A stretch of 25,690 nucleotides of DNA from Thraustochytrium aureum (taxonomy: Eukaryota). Below the pieces are notes generated by a model, which ran no database searches, had not been told where the DNA came from, and saw nothing but the letters and a program-made list of their open reading frames with translations. The stretch spans positions 71,711 through 97,400 of the forward strand of contig BLSG01000172.1 in NCBI GenBank assembly GCA_012862495.1. The letters are read 5' to 3'. Positions within the stretch are counted from its first letter, which is position 1. The number at the start of each line of letters is the position of its first letter. This document shows, piece by piece, positions 9,940 through 17,925 of this stretch. Position numbers and translations under genes: made by a program.

Positions 9940-10781
9940 CTAACTTGAGGCAAAGTACATGTAGTTGACGTCGAGCTCCGCCGCGCTTTGGTGCCAAGCG
10001 CCCGTCAGCGGGTTGTACACGAGGCCAATCAGCGCGTCCGTATGCAAGCCGCCTCGCTCGTGAACGACCTCTTCTATCTCACGCGGACTGACAAACTTGA
10101 ACCAGTCGTGCGTCCCGCTCGGCACAAGGCCAAACACCTTCTCAGCAGCCACAATCGCTAGCGCGTAGCTCTTGACGGTCCGGTTGATCGTTGAGAGGAC
10201 CAAGCCCTGGCGCGCGAGTTTTGCGCACGCCTCAACGAAGAGGCCCTGCTCATTGACGTGCTCGACCACCTCAAGGGACATGACGAAATCGAAGGCGCGC
10301 GCGCCCTCCTGCTCGAGAAGCTGCTCCACCGTGCAGTGGCGGCCCTCAAACGAGCCAGCGCCGCCAAGCGCGGCCGCCGCCGCGCTTTGCCTTGTGTGTT
10401 CAACGTGCGCGCCACGGCGTCCACCCCGATCACGTCTGCACCGAGTTGAACGAGCGACCGCGAGAGCAGCCCGCCGCCGCAACCAACGTCCGCAACGCGG
10501 AGCCCCTTCAGATCGGCGAGCCCGTGCCTCGCCCTGAGCTGCTCCCTGATCGCCGCCCACCTTGTCGCGTGCATGTTCTCCAGCGCCTTGCCCTCCGCGC
10601 CGTCCCAGTCCACCTTGGCAAACTTGTTCACCTCCGCCTCGTTCTCTGTGGACCGCTGGCCAGCCGTCGCGCTGCTCGACAGCGTCGCGTTGATCGCCAC
10701 CGGGCCCCGAACGCCGGGCCCAAAGCCTGCGCCACGGCCGCCCAGGCGCGCCAGGCGCACGGCGCCGCGACCCCGCAGCAT
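9940..10781 (-). CDS. COQ3: Ubiquinone biosynthesis O-methyltransferase (COQ3/UbiG) with mitochondrial-type presequence; 1 frameshift (~10406)
   Basis: EVNKF, SAM motif VADVGCGGGLLS, VIGVDA; then in the next frame FDFVMSLEVVEHV, LSTINRTVKSYALAIVAAEKVFGLVPSGTHDWFKFVSPRE, GLVYNPLTGAW, DVNY. R/G/L/A-rich leader MLRGRGAVRLARL. Confidence 0.92.
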
Positions 10782-11070
10782 CGCGACCGACGAGCACCGC
10801 ACGACGAATCAAGCAAGATTGGGCCCTGGCCCTGCGCCCATCGCGAGCGAGAGTCTCTCGAGTTGCTTGTTGATTGAGCGTCAAGCGAACAACGAGCGCG
10901 CTCGCCGAGTGCACAGCGAGCTGTTCTCGCCATGCCAGTTGTCCGTTGACACAAGGGAAGAGTCGAGCCGGTGAGAGCGGCCGGACACTCATGAGGCCGG
11001 TGCGAGAGATGCGGACTGGCTGGCTTGGCCTCGAGCTGCCAGGAACGCCGATCGGCTGGGCCGAGAGGGC

Positions 11071-11153
11071 TTGATTGTTTTGTTTTGCTTTGTTGTTTTG
11101 TTTTGTTTTGTTTTGTTTTGATTTTTTTGGTGTGGTTTTGTTTTGTTCGGTTT
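11071..11153. repeat. (GTTTT)n / T-rich tract in the divergent COQ3-CFAP96 intergenic region
   Basis: ttgattgttttgttttgctttgttgttttgttttgttttg... within otherwise GC-rich DNA. Confidence 0.9.
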
Positions 11154-11524
11154 ATCCATGGCGAGAGTTAATTCATGGGTCTCCAACGACTTGCTGCCGC
11201 CTCAGTCCTGCCGCGTGCTGAGGATGAGTGAGACCGTCTTGTTGCCGTTGGTGGTCGCATGCGAAGGCGTGATGTACGATGGTACCGGCTTCTTCCTGGC
11301 ATTGGCAGATGCTGAACGCGCCGGCACGGACGAGGCCGAGTCGCTTGAGCGCTGTCGAAGGACAGATCAGCGAGCGCCGAATCGAACCGAGCTGGCTGCA
11401 CCGCGTGAAAGAGGGAGCTTTGCGAGCAGCAGCACGTGAAAAGAGGGCACGTGGAAGAGGACGCGGTGCGAGCAGAAGCCCGCCGCTCTGCGGCTAGAGG
11501 ACCAGACGAAGGCGCTGCTGCAAG

Positions 11525-12649
11525 ATGGCGGAGAGCGCTGCTGCGGCCCGGCGGGCCAAGGCGGATGCCGAGCGGGAGAAGCGCGAGGCGTGGCGCGAAA
11601 AGCGACGCAAGGAGGTCGTGAGCGAGTCGACCTCGGTTGCGCAGCGCATGCGGCTCAAGAACGGGATGTTTCACGAGATCACGCCGACCTGCGTGGGCGA
11701 TCCATACCAGGACCCGATTCGCGTCTCGCGCGAGTTTGCGCGCAAGCCAAACTTTAAAGGCGGCAAGATGCGCACGGTGTCGGGCAGCGACGGGTGCTTT
11801 GGGCCCACGCTCACAACGGCTTGCGTCGAAGGCCTCCCGAGGCGCCGAAAGTCGTTGCGCAGACCGACGTCGGCGACCGGATTCGCAAACCCCGCTCCGT
11901 TTCGCGCTGGAGGCACTTCGGGCCTCTCCTCAGAGCCAGTGTATGCGTTGATCAGCTCCGACCGCCACATGTCAGGGGACGAGGTCAAGGCGGTGCTGGA
12001 CCGCACGAGGAGCGAGGCCCTCCTGGCCGATCGAGAGCGGATCAAGCGGATCAAAGAGCGAACTGGGGCGGCCCGGCCAAACATCATGACCAACCCGATC
12101 AAGAAAGGCACCTATGGGTTTCCCGGACTCTTGCTGAGCGAGATTTTCCTCCACGACAGCGCGGCACAGAAGCCACTTGCGCGGCCGGCCTCCGCAGCGG
12201 CCGACGCGCGGCGGCAGCGACAAGCCGGTGCCGCTGAGCGGCCGCCTTTCTGCTCGGTCAATAGCACGGCCTCCAGGACCTTTTCACGCGACGAGCAGAC
12301 TTTTATTCACAAGCCGATTTGCTATCGCGACCCCGAGGAGGAGGCCAAGGCCAAAGCCAGGTCTCGCGCGTATGTTCGTGGCGACAACCAGGCTGACGAG
12401 CGCCCCCCGCCGCCGTTCAAGCCAAGCGGGTCCACGAATAAGCCGATTCATGTCGACTATCCCGCGTACATGCCCTTTACGCGGCCGGAATCAGCGCGCC
12501 CTCGGCGCGAGGTCCTGGCCGAAGGGGACGCCGATGCCGGCGACCGCGGCTTTTGGCGGCCAAACTCTGCGAGTCAGAGCCGCCCAGTGCGTTCGGTCAT
12601 GCTGAACCGCAACGCGATCAAGCACCGCCTCCTCACGAAGCGCAAGTGA
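11525..12649 (+). CDS. CFAP96: Cilia- and flagella-associated protein 96 (C4orf47/UPF0602/DUF4586 family)
   Basis: Intact ORF. GMFHEITPTCVGDPY, GCF, NIMTNPIKKGTYGFPG, PFKPS, YPAY and SRPVRSVM match, in order, family motifs recalled from C4orf47 (GLFSEMEYITVGDKY, NLYTNPGKKGTGYGY, FKPSS, SRPVESIM). Confidence 0.8.
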   Translation: MAESAAAARRAKADAEREKREAWREKRRKEVVSESTSVAQRMRLKNGMFHEITPTCVGDPYQDPIRVSREFARKPNFKGGKMRTVSGSDGCFGPTLTTACVEGLPRRRKSLRRPTSATGFANPAPFRAGGTSGLSSEPVYALISSDRHMSGDEVKAVLDRTRSEALLADRERIKRIKERTGAARPNIMTNPIKKGTYGFPGLLLSEIFLHDSAAQKPLARPASAAADARRQRQAGAAERPPFCSVNSTASRTFSRDEQTFIHKPICYRDPEEEAKAKARSRAYVRGDNQADERPPPPFKPSGSTNKPIHVDYPAYMPFTRPESARPRREVLAEGDADAGDRGFWRPNSASQSRPVRSVMLNRNAIKHRLLTKRK

Positions 12650-13225
12650 ACGCGTTTGTCGGTGGGCCGAGACGCGAGGAACGGCGCATCAAACATAGTC
12701 GAATCAGAACAGAACGAATTGCCTGACCGCTGGCACGAACACATGTTATGTTACTTTTTCAAGCAGCGGGACGCCCCAGTTGGTGCTGTCCCAGCCTGTC
12801 CGGGGCTCGGCAGTGCCATAGTGAAACCGCGCTGACCTCATCGACGGATACCGGTAGGTAGTGAGTAACACTGGATTACACCAAGAAAAGGCTGTCCTGA
12901 ACGTGAGCAGCGAAGAATGGGCAGTAGAGTACCTACTCCACTCAGTACGAGTACATACTCGACCTTACTTGTAAACGCAAGTACCAACAACACGCAAACC
13001 GCCGCGCCGTCCGAGCCGGCATGGAGAACTCCACCTGCGCAGCCCGCCTCGGCTCTCAACGTCTTTTATTCCTTCCGTTCGTCCACAAAAAGTACAACGA
13101 ACTCAACTCGGCGACGGGCACCGCCACTACGCGGTGTGCACCTGCGAGTGCCTGCGAGTGCAGGGCAGCAGCGCGCATAGCCGGATCAACCGCAGCAGCG
13201 CCCGCGCGCAGTCCTCGAGTGCGCC

Positions 13226-13368
13226 CAGCAGCAGCAGCACCAGCAGCACCAGCACCAGCAGCACCAGCACCACCCGCGCCTGCACCAGCACCATCATCAC
13301 CACCAGCAGCACCACCACGACCGCCACCACGACCAGCTCCACGACCAGCGCCACCAGCTCCTCCAGCA
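13226..13368. repeat. Degenerate CAG/CAC trinucleotide and GCACCA hexamer repeat
   Basis: cagcagcagcagcaccagcagcaccagcaccagcagcaccagcaccacc... ending just before an N-run. Confidence 0.85.
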
Positions 13369-13380
13369 CTCGTTCATAAC

Positions 13381-13762
13381 NNNNNNNNNNNNNNNNNNNN
13401 NNNNNNNNNNNNNNNNNNNNNNNNNNNNNNNNNNNNNNNNNNNNNNNNNNNNNNNNNNNNNNNNNNNNNNNNNNNNNNNNNNNNNNNNNNNNNNNNNNNN
13501 NNNNNNNNNNNNNNNNNNNNNNNNNNNNNNNNNNNNNNNNNNNNNNNNNNNNNNNNNNNNNNNNNNNNNNNNNNNNNNNNNNNNNNNNNNNNNNNNNNNN
13601 NNNNNNNNNNNNNNNNNNNNNNNNNNNNNNNNNNNNNNNNNNNNNNNNNNNNNNNNNNNNNNNNNNNNNNNNNNNNNNNNNNNNNNNNNNNNNNNNNNNN
13701 NNNNNNNNNNNNNNNNNNNNNNNNNNNNNNNNNNNNNNNNNNNNNNNNNNNNNNNNNNNNNN
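13381..13762. other. N-run (382 nt), probably hiding the protease start, signal peptide and prodomain
   Basis: Run of n bases. The mature C1A domain starts about 95 nt downstream. The hidden content is inferred. Confidence 0.9.
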
Positions 13763-15125
13763 TTTGTGCCGCTCGGCGAGGAGGAGAGGGGCCAACGCTG
13801 TCAGGGAGGCCAACGTGGACACCAAGCGAGCCCAGCTGTCGGGCGCGGTGACAAGTCTGCCCGACGAGGTGGACTGGAGTCCAATGCTCACGGACGTCAA
13901 GTTTCAAGGGCCGTGCGGGGTGTGCTGGGCGTTTGTGGCAACTGCGATGCTCGAGTTCAGGCTCGTGGCGGATCTCAATCTCGACCCCATCAACCTTTCC
14001 GAGCAGCACCTGCTTGATTGCAACAGGATAGGGATCAACGACGGCTGCAACGGTGGCAACTTTTATACTGCACTCCAAAGCTGGGACGGGTACTTCTTCA
14101 CGGGGCGCGACTTTCCTTTCATCACGAACAAGGGCTCACAGGAGACCAGGCAGGCCACTGCCGCCGCGTCGACCTCCTTCTGCTCGGAAAAGTACCCAGA
14201 CTCGCAGGGCGTAGCCAAGCTCGCCCTGAGCGGCTCACACATCAAGTTCGTGGAGCCGCGCACAGAGTACAGCTTGAAGCGCGCAGTGGCACAGGGCCCG
14301 GTGGGAGTGGCCATTTCCGGGTACTCGGACGTGTTCATGAAGTACGAGGGCGGCGTGCTCGACAGCGTCGAGTGCGGGAACGAGGTGGACCACGCCGCGC
14401 TCGTTGTCGGCTATGGCACAACGCCGGAGGGGGTCGACTACTGGCTGCTGCGCAACTCTTGGTCGCCCAACTGGGGCGAGGGCGGGTATGTGCGGCTCAA
14501 ACGTGGCACGCAGTCCAGCGAGCAGCCTTTTGGAACCTGCGCGCTTCTCACGCAAGCCAACTACCTCATGCCAGGCGCTGTCTCGTGCGAGCTCGACGGC
14601 GCACCAGCAAGCTGCAAGGCGCTCGCCAACCCAGAATTTTGCACGGCCGAGCACGGCTGCAAGTCGTCCTCCTTTTTTGCGGAGACGTTCAAGCTCGACG
14701 CCCTGAGGCTTGCTGGCGCAAACGGCGATGCTAATGGCGGTTCTCCAGGGCCCTCGGTCATCGCTTTGGCAATCGGCATTTCGGGCGGGGTGCTCGTCAT
14801 TATCGTCGCCGCCGTGTTCTTTGCGCGGAGGGGCCAGCGAGCGCGCAGGTGGAGCAACGCGGATCAGGTCGACGCGAATCAGATTGCTGCATTCAAGGCC
14901 GGCGACAGCCTCGCGGTGCCTGCCGCCTCGCCGCGCCGCGCAGCCAAGCCTCAGGACCCGGAGGTCTACCGTCCCAAGCTTGCAGAGTTTCGCGAGCGAC
15001 TCGCGCAGGTCGCCGCGGCGCGAGCGCGCGCCGAGAAGGCGCGCGACGAGGTGCTGCTGCGGTACCTTGTCGAGAACGCCGGGGACCTCGTCGCCGCCGT
15101 CAACGAGTACATCAACGACATCTAG
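13763..15125 (+). CDS. Papain-family (C1A, cathepsin L-like) cysteine protease with Cys-rich extension, one TM helix and C-terminal UBA-like domain; 5' end in gap
   Basis: LPDEVDW, KFQGPCGVCWAF (Cys 13923), LSEQHLLDC, GCNGG, DHAALVVGYG (His 14391), YWLLRNSWSPNWGEGGY (Asn 14454). TM VIALAIGISGGVLVIIVAAVFFA (14757-14825) is followed by RRGQRARR. Stop TAG 15123-15125. Confidence 0.93.
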
Positions 15126-15415
15126 CTCTACTGGATTGAGGAGCTCTTGCTCTAGTAGAGAGCGCCGGCTCTGAGCTCCGCCAAGGAGTGTCTCGGTGCT
15201 CGCGCCATGAGGCCAAGGAGTGAATACTAACAAATCCAACGCGATGCAGCCATCGTACCTGTCCTCATCCTGCCGAGCGAGACCTGAGGAAAGCTCAGCG
15301 AGACAGCGCCGCTTAGGCGTAAACAGCGCCGCTCAGGAGCCAGCAGCCGCAGCCCACGCCGCTCAAGCGGCAGTTCGCGCTTCAAGCGCAAGCTGTCATT
15401 TCCTTGCCGCGAACG

Positions 15416-15520
15416 CGTCCTCGCGCTTGCCGTCCTCGCGCTTGCCGTCCTCGCGCTTGCCGTCCTCGCGCTTGCCGTCCTCGCGCTTGCCGTCCTCGCG
15501 CTTGCCGTCCTCGCGCTTGC
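15416..15520. repeat. Minisatellite: 7 perfect copies of 15-bp CGTCCTCGCGCTTGC plus a degenerate eighth
   Basis: Copies start at 15416, 15431, 15446, 15461, 15476, 15491 and 15506. Confidence 0.97.
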
Positions 15521-15745
15521 CGTTCTCGCTGGCCTCGCGCGCGAACAACACCGTCAGCAGCTCGGCCACGGCACCCGGTCTATGGCCTCGGCGCGGCCAT
15601 CCCCGAGCTCCCTGGCGGACGCCCCAGGCCGCGCGCTTTCCGCGGCGGCGCCCATCGGCGACCGACATGGGCCTCGAGCTCGCGTGGGCTGGCCGGTCCT
15701 GGGCCGAGCACAGTCCGCCGTCGCGGCGACAGTCCGCCTCGCGCC

Positions 15746-17780
15746 ATGGGGATCTGCGGCCTGTGGAGCTTCGCGCGAGCGCATTGCAAACTTGCGCGGC
15801 TGGTGCCGAGCGAGGACGCGGCTGCGGGGCGCGAGGGATGGGTGCTTGCGGTCGACGGGATGGCGCTCGTGTACTCTTTGTACGCGGCGAGCGGCCTCCC
15901 GTGGCGCGAGGGCGGGGACCTGCGCGCCTTTGAAGGGTTTGCGAGGCAGCACCTTGGCGAAAGGCTGCACGGGCAGCGTGGGGTGGAGGTGGTGGCCGTG
16001 TTCGACCGCACGACGGAGGTCGATGCACGCAAGGAAGAATGCACTTTCGCGCGGCGGCGCGGCGAGCTGGACCGGGTCACAGCAGCCCTAGAGTCGGACA
16101 ACTCGCAAAGCGCTGCGAGAAGTTTCGTGCTGCCGTGCTTGGCTCGCGCTGTGGTTTGGCGCGTACTCGAGTCTCTCGGGGCCACCGTGCGCGAACCGAG
16201 AGCCCAGGCCGAGGCGGACCCAGACCTCGCCCGACTCGCTCGTGCGCGCGGCCCGAACTGCATCGTGATCACCAACGACTCGGACCTGTTCATTTTCCAG
16301 GGGGTGCCGTTCGTGGCAGCATGTGACGACCTTGCGGTTCTCCCCAACGGCAACCTGGTGGTCCGCGCGTTGCCGCCGTCGCGTGTGGCCGCAGCGCTCG
16401 GACTTACGGTCGGCCGGGCAGAGCTCGCCGTTTTTGCTGCCCTCGTCGGCACGGACTTTGTTTCCAGCGAGNNNNNNNNNNNNNNNNNNNNNNNNNNNNN
16501 NNNNNNNNNNNNNNNNNNNNNNNNNNNNNNNNNNNNNNNNNNNNNNNNNNNNNNNNNNNNNNNNNNNNNNNNNNNNNNNNNNNNNNNNNNNNNNNNNNNN
16601 NNNNNNNNNNNNNNNNNNNNNNNNNNNNNNNNNNNNNNNNNNNNNNNNNNNNNNNNNNNNNNNNNNNNNNNNNNNNNNNNNNNNNNNNNNNNNNNNNNNN
16701 NNNNNNNNNNNNNNNNNNNNNNNNNNNNNNNNNNNNNNNNNNNNNNNNNNNNNNNNNNNNNNNNNNNNNNNNNNNNNNNNNNNNNNNNNNNAGCGAGCTA
16801 CTGGCCCACTTGCACTCGCGCCTCCGCAGCTCGGGCCGCGGCAAGAGCAGCGGCAAACGCAAGCCGCGATCGCGCGGCAAGCCCAACCTGCAGGCCACGA
16901 TTGCCCTGGCGGTCGCCACAGTCCGCGCGGCCGCCGCCAAGACGTTGACAGAAGAGCCAGCGGAGCTTTGCAGGGCCGTTTGTACGGCGTTGGGCCTGGC
17001 TCCGAGCCGGACGAGGGCCGCAGCAGACTACTTTGCAGCAACCGTGGCACACTACTGCGAGGCGGATGCTGAACCGCAAGAGGCAGCGACCGACCAGGCC
17101 GAGTGGTGGTGGCCCAGACCGTGCCTTGAGCGCGAGTTCGCGACTGGGAGCTCGTCTGGGGAAGGGAATCGATCGCCGTCACTGCGTTCCAGATTCTCGC
17201 CCCGCTCCGCGCTGCTCTGCGCGGGGATGGCCCCCCGCCCCCCGCAGAGATCGGTCCCGTCGGCTCGAGCCCAAGGCAGTACGTTCGCGTGGGGCCCTGC
17301 ACAGACTGCAACAAAATTGACGCCTTATCTCGCGCCCTTCGCGAGTTCTTCGGCCCGGGTTCGCTCTTGCACGACTCCAAGGAGGCGGGCCGTGCTGCTG
17401 TGGGCATCGCCAAGCTGTCACTCCACCTTGCTCTGGGCTGCCCTGCGCCACAATCCGCTCGGGACTGCACATCATGCGTAAAACTGTGGGAGCAACAGGT
17501 CTTTGAGCGTTGCGGGGGCGGCGACTTGCGCCAGAGTTCCTCGCCGACCAAGAACGAGAACGCGTGCGGCGACGCTGTCGCGGTAGAGGCCGGCGCGGAC
17601 CGAGACGCTGAGATCCGCTTCCTGTCCCTCTTCAACCTGATATTGCACACGATTGAAGTGCTCGCCGATGCGCGCAGGCTCGAAGGCGCGGCCTTGGAGG
17701 CTGCCCTCAGGGCATTCGACGGCTCTGGCGCCATGCGGGGCTATCTTGCTGCAAGGGCGCAGCGGCATGGCGCGCCGTGA
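15746..17780 (+). CDS. Asteroid/FAM120-like PIN-domain (XPG/FEN1 superfamily) nuclease; interrupted by an N-run and 1 frameshift (~17140)
   Basis: Start MGICGL, then LAVDG, GGDL, VAVFD, EADPDLA, ITNDSDLFIF and helix-turn-helix LVGTDFV. Continues after the gap as LLAHLHSRL...PCLEREF|DWELVWGRESIAVTAFQILAPLR...AP*. Confidence 0.82.
16472..16791. other. N-run (320 nt) flanked by direct repeat AGCGAG
   Basis: tccagcgag[N]agcgagcta. Confidence 0.97.
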
Positions 17781-17867
17781 GCTCGCCCAAAAGGAAAAAC
17801 AAGCCTCGGCTGCACTGCAAATCAATCTTCTCCCGTTGTTTCTCTCTACTAGCTGTGTAGATGCTGG

Positions 17868-17925
17868 AGTCAGTCAGTCAGTCAGTCAGTCAGTCAGTCA
17901 GTCAGTCTGTCAGTCTGTCTGTCAG
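17868..17925. repeat. (AGTC)n / (TGTC)n tetranucleotide microsatellite between convergent genes
   Basis: agtcagtcagtcagtc...agtctgtcagtctgtctgtcag, abutting the TPR gene stop codon. Confidence 0.95.

Noticed and set aside
13127..13380. Poly-Val/Leu transmembrane protein on the minus strand
   Set aside because: It is simply the antisense reading of the CAG/CAC repeat.
15416..15520. CRISPR array
   Set aside because: The repeats are contiguous with no unique spacers, there are no cas genes, and the context is eukaryotic.
15396..16028. Minus-strand ORF with (KREDG)7
   Set aside because: It overlaps the nuclease gene in antisense, has a non-ATG start, and the repeat comes from the minisatellite.
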